Positions 9,613 to 19,475 of a stretch of DNA of 64,000 bases are shown in pieces; position 1 is the first letter of the stretch; the number at the start of each line of letters is the position of its first letter. Source of the DNA: an uncultured Methanosarcinaceae archaeon (GTDB taxonomy: Archaea; Halobacteriota; Methanosarcinia; Methanosarcinales; Methanosarcinaceae); the NCBI GenBank assembly GCA_963721455.1, contig CAVRJG010000064.1, positions 22,582 through 86,581 on the forward strand, written 5' to 3'. The translations under genes were made by a program, and so were the position numbers. The notes under the pieces are model-generated. The model made no database searches, was not told where the DNA came from, and saw only the letters and a list, made by a program, of their open reading frames with translations.

Positions 9613-10137
9613 TCAATTATGAATACCCCTTTCAAGTAATTCTCTCTGTCCTATAGTGTCTTCTCCCCATTTTCGTTTCGCCTCCTCACTCCATTGGAGT
9701 TTACCATCTCCAATCATAGACTTTGGGATTGCAAAAACGTTTGCTCGTATGTTTCTGGAAGTGCTACGCTTTAACCATTTATATTGGTTTGTTTCCGTAT
9801 CATACGCCATGTGGTAATCAAGTCTAAGCGCGCTCAGCATCTCGGAGGATTTACAGTAAACTTGTTTTAGTCCTTCTTTCGGCTCTTTTCTTTGCCTCCG
9901 ATTCCTCCTTTCTATTTCAATTTCTTCTTTTCTTATGTCTTCCAGATACCATAAGCTTCTATCAACTTCGCTTTTAAATACAATCATATGCCATTTTAGA
10001 GACTGTGAATACTGCTTTCTTAGAAGTCCATGTAATTCGGCGATCAGGTCAAAATCATTTGTTGTGCTTTCAATTTCTTTCATTAGTTCTTTCATTCTGG
10101 CCAGATTTGCATTCTGTCTTTCTTGGCTGGTTGCCAT
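9613..10137 (-). CDS. Hypothetical protein (coiled-coil, charged; no recognisable family)
   Basis: ORF 9613..10179; ATG at 10137 follows a GGGGT RBS-like site. Confidence 0.6.
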   Translation of the reverse strand: MATSQERQNANLARMKELMKEIESTTNDFDLIAELHGLLRKQYSQSLKWHMIVFKSEVDRSLWYLEDIRKEEIEIERRNRRQRKEPKEGLKQVYCKSSEMLSALRLDYHMAYDTETNQYKWLKRSTSRNIRANVFAIPKSMIGDGKLQWSEEAKRKWGEDTIGQRELLERGIHN

Positions 10138-10532
10138 AACTACCCCTAACATATTTATTTTAATTACACTGTTATGCACGGAAATTATATTTTAAACCTT
10201 CGTTAGTAGAGAATAAAGGTGAAAATTAGCCAAAAAATAGACAACATACATAAAATGAGTAAGTTTCAGCGTAAAAGTTCTGTAAAGAAAGTAAACTACC
10301 AGGGAGTTAAAGTATTTTTTATCTGAGCGTCAATTAAGGGGGTTTTTAAGAAAGTACGATTTTGTACTCAGTTACTAAACAGTATTCTTAGCTACTTTAT
10401 TTCAGTCGAATACTGCGTTGCTTGCAGCGGGACGCGCCAGCGCAACTTTGATTTTGCATAGATAGTCGTCCGAAAAAACATATCGAAAGCGTCCCCACAC
10501 TTTTTAAATATTTAAATCTCTTAATAGCATAC

Positions 10533-11192
10533 ATGCGCAAAGCCACAGTCGCAATTACAGGACTAATTCTTCTTTCCTTCATAATTTCAATCTATTTTTA
10601 TCCGCTGGTGCCTGAACAGATGGCAACTCACTGGAACTCTCAGGGAGAGGTAAACGGTTATATGTCGAAGTTCCAGGGGGTCTTTTTCATGCCGTTAGTG
10701 ATTGCCGGACTTGCAATCTTGTTCCTGGCAGTTCCAAGAATCGACCCGAAGAAGGAAAATATCGCAAAATTCAGGAATTATTATGACCGATTTATAATTC
10801 TTCTGATTTTGTTTATGATTGCCGTTCATCTCCAGATACTCCTGTGGAATATAGGAATCCGGATTAGCCCGAATGCCGTGCTTCCTGTGGGAATAGGGCT
10901 TCTGTTTTATCATATAGGGATTCTTATGGAAAATGCGGAGAGGAACTGGTTCATCGGCATCAGGACTCCCTGGACCCTCAGCAGCGACAGGGTCTGGAGG
11001 AAAACTAACCGGCTCGGAGGGAAATTATTCAGGAGTGCAGGGATAGCTGCTATTTTTGGAGTTTTTTTCCCGGAACTTGCATTATTTTTCATTATCGTGC
11101 CTGCGCTGTTTGTTGCAGGGTTTACGGTTGTTTACTCCTATATTGAGTATCAAAAAGAACTGAAAGAGACTGAATCTCAAATCAAAACCTAA
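10533..11192 (+). CDS. SdpI family membrane protein with DUF1648 N-terminus
   Basis: PEQMATHWNSQGEVNGY, NWFIGIRTPWTLSSDRVWRKTNR; multiple TM helices. Confidence 0.88.
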   Translation: MRKATVAITGLILLSFIISIYFYPLVPEQMATHWNSQGEVNGYMSKFQGVFFMPLVIAGLAILFLAVPRIDPKKENIAKFRNYYDRFIILLILFMIAVHLQILLWNIGIRISPNAVLPVGIGLLFYHIGILMENAERNWFIGIRTPWTLSSDRVWRKTNRLGGKLFRSAGIAAIFGVFFPELALFFIIVPALFVAGFTVVYSYIEYQKELKETESQIKT

Positions 11193-11314
11193 AAAAAGAA
11201 AACTTTAAGGATTTCTGCACATTCCAATTCCTGAAATCCTTATTTACTCGTTTTCTGGCTTTTATTTTATCAGCACTTTTATCTAATATGTTCTCTTTTG
11301 TCTTATTGATTTTT

Positions 11315-11797
11315 ATGGCCGAGGATATAACAAATGATTCCAGCAAAAAAATTGAAAATGGAGATACCATCTCCGTTCATTATGTGGGAAAACTTGAGGA
11401 TGGCACCGTTTTCGATACATCCGTAAAGGAAGCAGCCGTTGAGGCAGAGATCTACAATGACATGAGAAGCTATCAACCTCTGACATTTACCGTTGGCGCA
11501 GGCCAGATGATAAAAGGCTTTGACGAGGGGGTTGTCGGGATGAAAGTAGGGGAAGATAAAACTCTTAAAATTCCACCCGAAGAAGCATATGGGGAATACA
11601 TAGAAGAGCTCTCAAGGGAACTGCCGATTGAAGCTGTTGATTTTGATCCGGAAGTTGGAATGCAGCTGGTGACAGAAACCGGCCTCAAAGGCATTGTCAC
11701 AGAGGTAGGCGAGAAAAATTTTGTTGTGGATTTCAACCACGAGCTTGCAGGCAAGACCCTGATATTCGAAATCAAGGTAGTTTCTATGGAGGCTTAA
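11315..11797 (+). CDS. FKBP-type peptidyl-prolyl isomerase (short SlyD-like)
   Basis: VHYVGKLEDGTVFDTS, GQMIKGFDEG, PPEEAYGE, DFNHELAGKTL. Confidence 0.92.
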   Translation: MAEDITNDSSKKIENGDTISVHYVGKLEDGTVFDTSVKEAAVEAEIYNDMRSYQPLTFTVGAGQMIKGFDEGVVGMKVGEDKTLKIPPEEAYGEYIEELSRELPIEAVDFDPEVGMQLVTETGLKGIVTEVGEKNFVVDFNHELAGKTLIFEIKVVSMEA

Positions 11798-11802
11798 AAG
11801 GG

Positions 11803-12363
11803 ATGAAAATCCGGAACGGAGCAATTTTATTCATATCGATACTGCTCCTGGGAAGCGTACTCCTCGGAAGCGGCTGCACGGATAAAGGGAATAATGAGAC
11901 TGGAGACAGCAGAGTAGTAAAAACTGGAGACACCGTCCAGGTGGACTACACCGGAAAGCTCGAAAACGGAAAGGTTTTTGACACCTCAATAGAAGAGGTC
12001 GCAAAGCAGGCGGACATATACGTAAACGGAAGGACTTACGCTCCTCTCACATTTGTGGCTGGAGCAGGCCAGATGATCAAGGGTTTTGACGAAGGCGTAA
12101 TCGGGATGAAAGTAGGAGAAGAAAAAACTATCACAATCCCTCCTGAAGAAGCTTATGGAGAATACGACAAATCAAAGATTCAGGCGATTCCTATAAAAGA
12201 GTTAAATCTAAACGAAACTCCTGAAGCCGGGCAAAAACTTCCAACAAATTATGGGTTGGTTACTATAATAGAGGTTAATAAGACACATGCAATGATTGAC
12301 CTCAACCACGAGCTTGCAGGCAAGACCCTGGTTTTTGATATAAAACTCGTCTCTATAGAATAA
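11803..12363 (+). CDS. FKBP-type PPIase with lipoprotein-like signal peptide
   Basis: Hydrophobic N-terminus ending LGSGC; FKBP motifs. Confidence 0.9.
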   Translation: MKIRNGAILFISILLLGSVLLGSGCTDKGNNETGDSRVVKTGDTVQVDYTGKLENGKVFDTSIEEVAKQADIYVNGRTYAPLTFVAGAGQMIKGFDEGVIGMKVGEEKTITIPPEEAYGEYDKSKIQAIPIKELNLNETPEAGQKLPTNYGLVTIIEVNKTHAMIDLNHELAGKTLVFDIKLVSIE

Positions 12364-12490
12364 ACTTAAGTTCTTGAAAATCAAATTGAGAATTGGTAGT
12401 ATTTCTTCAAAGTGGCGCATCCTTTCGGCACCATGGGACGCTTTCAGGAGACTGAAGTGCCGAAAGGAAAATCCAGAGGGGAAAAAGATA

Positions 12491-12988
12491 ATGGAAAATT
12501 CTCATACTGTGAAAAAGGGAGATTATCTTCTTATTGATTACACTGGAAAATTAGAGGACGGGACAGTCTTCGATACCACGTTAAAGGAAAAAGCCGTCGA
12601 AGCAGGAATATATGACGAAGAAAAGGAATACAAGCCTTTGTTTTTCAGGACAGATACAGGTCAGGTTATAAAAGGTATCGATACGGGCGTTCTCGAAATG
12701 AAAGAGGGAGAAGAAAAAACCCTTAAAATCTCACCTGAAGATGCCTACGGAGAACATAAGAAGTACCTTGTTCAGGATATACCTCTCTCAAGGCTTGGGC
12801 TACAGTTTCCTCCTGAAACTGGAAAAAAAATCATAACGCCTGGAGGGAGTGAGGTTAAAGTGCTCAGTTCCACGGAAACTTCTGCTACTCTGGACTTCAA
12901 CCATGAACTTGCAGGCAAAACCCTGATTCTTGAAATAAAACTTGTCTCAATTGTAAGCTTATTCCAGAACCCGCAAAATCGGTGGTGA
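12491..12988 (+). CDS. FKBP-type PPIase (third tandem paralog)
   Basis: DYTGKLEDGTVFDTT, DFNHELAGKTL; likely start MENSH at 12491. Confidence 0.9.
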   Translation: MENSHTVKKGDYLLIDYTGKLEDGTVFDTTLKEKAVEAGIYDEEKEYKPLFFRTDTGQVIKGIDTGVLEMKEGEEKTLKISPEDAYGEHKKYLVQDIPLSRLGLQFPPETGKKIITPGGSEVKVLSSTETSATLDFNHELAGKTLILEIKLVSIVSLFQNPQNRW

Positions 12989-12991
12989 GTT

Positions 12992-13402
12992 ATGGAAAAG
13001 GAAGAGAAAGTCATGGTACTGCTGTTATTTATGACACTATCTTCTCTTATGACAGCGTATCTTTGCTTCGGATCAGAACTTGCAGATGCCGGGCAAAAGC
13101 CAGGAGGACAAGCCAGGCAGTACACCCCGGAATCCAATGAAGGGGAAAAAGTGTTCCTTGAAGCTGAAGTCCTGAGCAAGCGGTTCACCTATACAGGGGA
13201 GCACCTGCTTTTACAGGTGGACTGCAACTCCGAAGTCCTGAGCGTTTTTATCCCGAAAACAGCAGGCGCTGAAGCCCTGAACATGTCGATCAGGGAAGGG
13301 GACCTGATTAGCTTAACAGGCACCATTTCTGAGTATGAAGGGAAAAGGGAAATCAAGGTGGAAAGAAAAGAAGATATTCTTCTGAATAACCTTCATCAAT
13401 AA
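12992..13402 (+). CDS. Membrane-anchored OB-fold protein
   Basis: N-terminal TM helix, then GDLISLTGTISEYEGKREI OB-fold-like pattern. Confidence 0.7.
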   Translation: MEKEEKVMVLLLFMTLSSLMTAYLCFGSELADAGQKPGGQARQYTPESNEGEKVFLEAEVLSKRFTYTGEHLLLQVDCNSEVLSVFIPKTAGAEALNMSIREGDLISLTGTISEYEGKREIKVERKEDILLNNLHQ

Positions 13403-13463
13403 TCTCTCAAATATGGATAACAGATCGTTAATAATATATTCATAGAACAACATTTGAGAAAAT

Positions 13464-14642
13464 ATGAAAGCATGTATCATGTGCGGAGGGGCAGGGACAA
13501 GACTCAGGCCGCTCACTTTCAAGCACCCTAAACCGAGCATACCGATTCTCAATAAACCATCAGTCCTGCATCTGATTGAGCATCTTTCAAGAGAAGGGTT
13601 CAATGAAATAGTCATGACTCTGGGGTATATGGGAGAGCGCATAGAAGAACAGCTCGGAGACGGGCACATGTTTGGGGTGCATATCGATTACGTGTATGAA
13701 AAAGAAAAGCTTGGAACTGCAGGCGGGGTTAAAAACGCCGTGCAATACCTGAAAGACGAGCCATTTATCGTGCTTGGTGGAGATCACGTCCTTAACCTCA
13801 ACCTGAGAGAGATGTACCGTTTCCATGAAACAAACGATGCCCTGGTGACCATAGGACTTATTTCGATTGACGACCCCAGGGAATTTGGAATTGCGGATAT
13901 GGATATTAATAACCGGATACACCGCTTCCTGGAAAAACCGAAATCAGGCCAGATATTCAGCAACCTTGCAAGCACAGGCATTTATGTTTGCGACCCTTCG
14001 ATTTTCGAATGGATCCCTGAAAACAAAAAGTACGATTTTGCAAAAGACCTCTTTCCCTCCCTGCTCGCAGCCGATGAAAAAATCAACGGTGTGCTTGTCC
14101 GGGGAAAATGGACTGATGTGGGAAGCTCGGCAGCTTACAGACAGGCTCAGCGCTGGATGCTCGACGCCCTTCCGGGAACGACAATTGAAGGAAATTTCAC
14201 AACCCGAAACGCAAGAATAAAAGGGCCCCTGTCCATAGGAAACAACGTGTCCATAGGTTCGAATTCTTCTCTTGTAGGGCCAATAGTCATAGGGGAATAC
14301 ACAACAATCGGCGATAATGTCCTTATCGGGCCTTACAGCGTTATAGGCTCGAACTGCAATATAGATAACAATGCAAAGATTCTTTCATCTTATCTTTTTG
14401 ATAATGTTTCCATAGGAAAGGATTCCAATATCTCAGGCGGTGTGGTAGCAGACGAAACAATTGTAGGAGAACACTGTTTCCTTGAAAACGGAACCGTTAT
14501 CGGGCATAAAGTAATTATCGGAAATAACTCGACAATACATTCCGGAGTTAAAGTCTGGCCTGAAGTCACGATAGACAAGGACTCAAGCATAAAAGATACT
14601 GTAATCAATTCCGATTATGACATTACCAATGAAGGCTCCTGA
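13464..14642 (+). CDS. NDP-sugar synthase (mannose-1-phosphate guanylyltransferase family) with left-handed beta-helix tail
   Basis: GGAGTRLRPLT..PKP, EKLGTAGG, EKP, WTDVG, hexapeptide repeats. Confidence 0.9.
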   Translation: MKACIMCGGAGTRLRPLTFKHPKPSIPILNKPSVLHLIEHLSREGFNEIVMTLGYMGERIEEQLGDGHMFGVHIDYVYEKEKLGTAGGVKNAVQYLKDEPFIVLGGDHVLNLNLREMYRFHETNDALVTIGLISIDDPREFGIADMDINNRIHRFLEKPKSGQIFSNLASTGIYVCDPSIFEWIPENKKYDFAKDLFPSLLAADEKINGVLVRGKWTDVGSSAAYRQAQRWMLDALPGTTIEGNFTTRNARIKGPLSIGNNVSIGSNSSLVGPIVIGEYTTIGDNVLIGPYSVIGSNCNIDNNAKILSSYLFDNVSIGKDSNISGGVVADETIVGEHCFLENGTVIGHKVIIGNNSTIHSGVKVWPEVTIDKDSSIKDTVINSDYDITNEGS

Positions 14643-14972
14643 TTACAGGATTCAAAGAACCTAAACTAAAAACAAATTGAATTTTGAAGGTTTGAATTCA
14701 GATTAATATTGTTTAAAGAGGCAGGTTTAGTCTTAATTCAAATCTAACTTTTCTCATATGCCCACACTTTCCTTAATTATCTGCCGTTTTCCCGGAATCG
14801 TTCATTGATTTTTTGAGCTGGTTCTCAATCCGCATCCCAATAACTTCTCAAATATATACATAATAATTTAAACCGGCACACCATAGATTCTTGCTCTGCA
14901 GCTAATATCTATTGGAAAAAAAGATTCCTCAAATAGAAGACTATTCTGCCAACAAAATTCAGATAGATTACC

Positions 14973-16099
14973 ATGAACAGATACAAAAAATGGCTTATTG
15001 CAGCGCTGTTCATCAGTGCAGTATCAATTGCACTGGTTATCGGCCTGACTTTTGACTCGGAAACAATCGAGGCTCTGAGAAAGATCAAGCTGGAATATAT
15101 TCTGGCAGCTGTTCTTTTTCATATTTTCTCATACTTCGTGTGGGGATTCCGGACTCGGGCTCCTCTGTAAAGCCCTGGGTTACGAGGTAAGTTATCTGAA
15201 AGTGGTAGAGATAATTGTCTCAAGTCTCTTTGTGGCTGGAATTACTCCCTCTTCTGCAGGCGGAGAACCTGCTCAGGATCCATCATGCTGCACCTGAACG
15301 GGGTTCCTTTTGGCCAGGCAACTGCCATCGTTGTAGGGGAACGCCTGCTTGATGCTCGTTTTTATCTTTGCCTGCCTGCCTTTTGCCTTATATATTCTGG
15401 GAGATATGCTTTCGAATTATAAATTCGATGCAGCACTCCTGACAGCAAGTTTCCTGGTCTTTATCATCTCTGATTTTCTTTATTTACGGCGTCTGGAAAC
15501 CTGAAAAAGTAAAAGACATAACTCATAGGATAACAGGCAGAATTGCCCCTGTTTTAGGAAAACGGACTGATACTGCAGTCTCCCATTTCATGGAACAGGT
15601 GGATAGGGAAATAGACCTTTTCCATGAAAGTGTCAGAGTCTTTTTTTCTAATGGAAAAAGAGGGCTGTTCTGGAGTATAGCCTGTACCTTTCTTTTCTGG
15701 ATAATTGAGTTTTCCCTGCTCGTCCTCATCATTATGGGCCTTTCACAAGCACCTTCTATCCTTACTGCATTTGCAGCCCAGGTGCTCCTGGCCGTAATTA
15801 TGATAATCCCTGCAACGCCTGGGGCAAGTGGGATTGCAGAATTAGGGGCTGCTTCCATCTTTTCTATTTTCGTGGATTCATCAGTCCTGGGAATTACAGT
15901 GCTTGCCTGGAGAGCTCTGACCTATCACATGAATATCATTTTTGGAGGTTTTATGAGCCTGAAGGTGCTTAAGGACATGGATCTGATTAAAAAGCTGACA
16001 GGAGATTCCAAAAAGCCGACAGGAGATTCTAAAAAGCCGATCACCGGAAATTCTAAAAAACTGACCGGAGATTCGGCCGAACTTAAACAGGATGCCTGA
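14973..16099 (+). pseudogene. UPF0104/lysylphosphatidylglycerol-synthase-TM (flippase-like) membrane protein, multiply frameshifted (probably sequencing error)
   Basis: ITPSSAGGEP, GERLLD and PATPGASGIAE motifs spread over frames; about five single-base insertions at 15160-15490. Confidence 0.8.
15989..16075 (+). repeat. 21-24 bp coding tandem repeat (KKxTGDS x4)
   Basis: AAAAAGC(T/C)GACAGGAGATTC(C/T) units at the 3' end of the gene. Confidence 0.85.
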
Positions 16100-16258
16100 G
16101 GCAAGATTTCGATCAGGCAAGACCCCTGTGTACTGCACAGGAAAATGCTAAGGAAATACCGGGGATGATTATTCCTGAAATTAATCAACCTGTAAAGAAG
16201 ATCTCTTGTGACCTGAAAAAGGTATATTTATATTCTATCCTCACAAAATTCTTCTGTT

Positions 16259-16855
16259 ATGTCGTCCAGAGAATTCATCTTTGAAGTCCTGAGAAAAAGT
16301 GTGCATCTGGTCTCAATCCTGATTGTACTTATCTACGAATTTTTTGGGAAAGAAATCATTCTCTGGGTACTTATTGTCTTTCTTGCCACCGTTCTCATTC
16401 TTGATTATTTCAGGCTCGAGCATGGCATGAGAATACCTTTTTTCTATATCATGTATCGGGAGCATGAAGCCGACCGCCTGGGGGGCCACATATATTTTGC
16501 CCTCGGAGCAATTTCAGCAATAGCCATTTTCAGCAAAGAAATCGCATACGCCGCAATCCTCATGACAACCTTCGGAGACCTGGCTGCAGCTCTGATAGGA
16601 AAATTCTATGGAAAGAGAAGGGTTTTCAAAAAAATATTTAAAAACGATAAATCAATTGAAGGTTCGGTTTCCGAATTTACGATTGATTTCCTCATCGGGC
16701 TGTTTATAATCGGGAACCCGGTTGTTTCCCTGATAATGGCTTTTTTTGCAACCCTTACTGAAACCGCAGTCAATAAAATTGATGATAACCTTGTAATTCC
16801 CGTTTTCTCTGGCTTTTTCGGGCAGATAACCCTGATTCTTCTGATGCATTTATAA
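16259..16855 (+). CDS. CTP-dependent diacylglycerol/polyprenol (dolichol/phytol) kinase family membrane protein
   Basis: RKSVH, FGDLAAALIGK, KSIEGS, DDNLVIP. Confidence 0.85.
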   Translation: MSSREFIFEVLRKSVHLVSILIVLIYEFFGKEIILWVLIVFLATVLILDYFRLEHGMRIPFFYIMYREHEADRLGGHIYFALGAISAIAIFSKEIAYAAILMTTFGDLAAALIGKFYGKRRVFKKIFKNDKSIEGSVSEFTIDFLIGLFIIGNPVVSLIMAFFATLTETAVNKIDDNLVIPVFSGFFGQITLILLMHL

Positions 16856-17003
16856 GGATTTTTAAAAGAGTACTCTGTGAAAGAGCTTCCTGAACGCTCA
16901 AAACAGAAAAATAAAACAGAAAAGAAAGCAGGTGAAAACTCCTGACTTTTAAATCTCCGGAATCCTGTTCCTGAAATGAAGGGGGAAAGCCCTTGATGGG
17001 CTC

Positions 17004-19475
17004 TCAGGCTCCTGTTTCAATCTCACCCTGCACATTATTGAGCTTCCTCATTTCCCTTATGCGCCTGGCAATGATTTCCCCGAGGTAAAGCACAAGAGCT
17101 GCAAGGAGCACATACACTTTGAGGCTCACTGGCTCGTTTGATTCCCTTTCCGAGTTCTGCCTGGCGTCCTTCAGGAGAAGGGCTCTTGCATCCTTCTCAG
17201 TGTAAATTTTCCCTCCAGTTGCAAGGATAAGAGGCTCTATATCCTTATTGAGCCCCACATCCCTGAACTCAAGCTGGTAATTTACCGCAAGCGGGTAGCC
17301 GGAGATATCGTGAATTCCGACATTTTGGGGATTTACGCTTGCCTCGTAGGTGTTCCTTCCGGTCAGGGCAAGGTCCAGGGGGTTTCCGTCCAGTTTCAGC
17401 TTTGGGATTCCCTCATCGTACATTGTAAGAGTCAGGTCGGAAGGAGTGCCAAGCCATGTGTCCGGGCCGTCCAGGACAGCGCCTTCTTCAGCTCTCGGGT
17501 TTCCTATTGCCCAGTTGGTAGTGCCTGAAATAAGTCTTGCACTTGAGCCGTTATAAAGGGCAGACGCCCAGCGAGAACCTTCACCTTCTCCATTGTCCGT
17601 GGTGAGGGCTGCAACCCTTCCTAACCCGAAGCGCCATGTGGTTATTACAGGCTTTCCCGTAACAGTGATAACCAGGCGCTCAGCCCCGGCTTTTGGAGTA
17701 ACGTCGTTATATCCTGTGATATTGGCGGTAAGGTTCACATTTTTCGTGATGAAGTGGTCAGGGGAATACTCAAGGAGAGGATAAGCGTCAAGTTCGACTT
17801 TTTCTTCTTCCTCCTCAGGAGTTTCTTTCGTTGGCTCAAACCCTATATTTGCCCTCTCACTCATGTTAATATGGAAATAGTTTTCTTCAAGTCCAAGTTC
17901 TTTCATTAGCTTCTCAGCATAGTATTTTCTGGCTTGATCAGTCTGAGAAGGGGCTACCGAGCGGATATGAACAAAATACAGGTTTACACCGAGTTGCTGC
18001 AGTTCTTTTGCAGCCTCAATACTTGGCTCGTAGGAGTCTTCGATGGCTCCGTCTGAGATGACAATGGCATCAAGTTCTCCTTCTCTACCTGTAAGCATCT
18101 CTTTTGCGATTTTGAGCCCTTCGTTCAGGGAAGTCTTGCTCTGCTCATCTGCGATCAGTCGCGAGATTTTGTCTTTCAGGATTGCCTGGTTCTGAGAAAG
18201 CCCCAGAAATACAAACCCTCCCGAAACATCATATCCCTCGCTTCCGAATGCGATAATACCGGCATTTGCATCTTTGAGATTTTCGTTCTGAACAATGGAG
18301 ATAGCATTTGCCAGAATATCTCCCTGAGTTCCGTGGGCCGCAGTACTTGGAGAGACGTCAAGGATCAGGACGATGTTCCTTCCCCCCTTATACTCGGAAG
18401 GCTTTGATAACACAGGCAGGATTTCTTCAAGAGAAGAATTAAGGTAATTCCCGTAGTTATAAGCCTGTTCTCCTCCTACGACAACCAGCCCGCCCCCCTC
18501 GCTGACATATTTTTTGATTTCTTTCATCTGGGTCTCGGAAAGGGAGTTTATGAACTGGTTGTCAAGCATGAGAACCTTGCTGCCCTCAAGAGCACCTGCT
18601 CCGGGGTAACTACTGACAACAGAAACATTATAAAGGCTATTAAGAATCTGAGCAAGGGGAGAATTTGGCTCACTCGTAACAAGTGTAAGCTTCGGTTTGG
18701 GAATTACGTACACGGATTTGGAGAACTCATTGTTAATGCTGTTCAGGTCTTCCCCGGATGGAGTGATCTTTACACTTATATTGTGAGCGCCGAGAGTGGT
18801 GAAATCTTGGTTATATGGAATAGTATAGTTTCGGGCATTCTGAGAAAAAGGTCCGCTTCGAACAAGCTCCCCGTCCACAGACACTTCAAGCGAATAACTG
18901 ACATTTTGTTCGGAAGCCTGGCGGACAACTACCTCAAACTCGTTCCGGTTATCCACGACAACGGTCTTGTCCCCGATAACCTCGACACTCAGGTCATTTG
19001 CCTTGAGTTCGGGCTGGACAAGGTAGACTGGAGTATCGGTTTCTTTTGCAAATTCCAGGGACTCGACAAGGCTCTTTCCGGCATTACTATTTCCATCGCT
19101 GACCAGCACTATCTGGTTGCCGCTGCCTGCATACTGGGTAATCGTTTCTCCAAGAGAAGTTTTATCCCCGGTTAGCTGAACTAGAGAAGTGGGAGTATTG
19201 GCTGTAAGGGCTTTATACAGTTCGGTGCCAGTTTCTTCAGGAAAAATACCCATACTTGCGGTCTGGTCCTGAACCAGCACAAGTGAAGGATCTTCTTCAC
19301 TAGTAGTCTGTGTAACCATAGTAAAGGGAGAAGCCAGGGCAAGGATAAGGAGGAAAGCGACCAGCATTCTCCATTCTACAAGTTTCGTTTTTGTCTTCCG
19401 CAGGAAATAGAATCCGGCAATTATAACAGGAATTATGAGGAGAAGCATTTCCGGATGTTCAAGGGATATGTTCAT
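17004..19475 (-). CDS. Membrane protein with two vWA domains and a class I GATase-like domain
   Basis: DQTASM..SDGNSN and DVSPST..ISDG MIDAS-like motifs; GGGLVVVGG; N- and C-terminal TM helices. Confidence 0.8.
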   Translation of the reverse strand: MNISLEHPEMLLLIIPVIIAGFYFLRKTKTKLVEWRMLVAFLLILALASPFTMVTQTTSEEDPSLVLVQDQTASMGIFPEETGTELYKALTANTPTSLVQLTGDKTSLGETITQYAGSGNQIVLVSDGNSNAGKSLVESLEFAKETDTPVYLVQPELKANDLSVEVIGDKTVVVDNRNEFEVVVRQASEQNVSYSLEVSVDGELVRSGPFSQNARNYTIPYNQDFTTLGAHNISVKITPSGEDLNSINNEFSKSVYVIPKPKLTLVTSEPNSPLAQILNSLYNVSVVSSYPGAGALEGSKVLMLDNQFINSLSETQMKEIKKYVSEGGGLVVVGGEQAYNYGNYLNSSLEEILPVLSKPSEYKGGRNIVLILDVSPSTAAHGTQGDILANAISIVQNENLKDANAGIIAFGSEGYDVSGGFVFLGLSQNQAILKDKISRLIADEQSKTSLNEGLKIAKEMLTGREGELDAIVISDGAIEDSYEPSIEAAKELQQLGVNLYFVHIRSVAPSQTDQARKYYAEKLMKELGLEENYFHINMSERANIGFEPTKETPEEEEEKVELDAYPLLEYSPDHFITKNVNLTANITGYNDVTPKAGAERLVITVTGKPVITTWRFGLGRVAALTTDNGEGEGSRWASALYNGSSARLISGTTNWAIGNPRAEEGAVLDGPDTWLGTPSDLTLTMYDEGIPKLKLDGNPLDLALTGRNTYEASVNPQNVGIHDISGYPLAVNYQLEFRDVGLNKDIEPLILATGGKIYTEKDARALLLKDARQNSERESNEPVSLKVYVLLAALVLYLGEIIARRIREMRKLNNVQGEIETGA

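Noticed and set aside
10400-10448. Possible additional family A copy
   Set aside because: Shares only TTTCAGTCGA and a GTTGC/GCAAC stem; too degenerate to call
9297-10530. Intact integrative element at tRNA-Ala
   Set aside because: No integrase and no duplicated tRNA 3' end found
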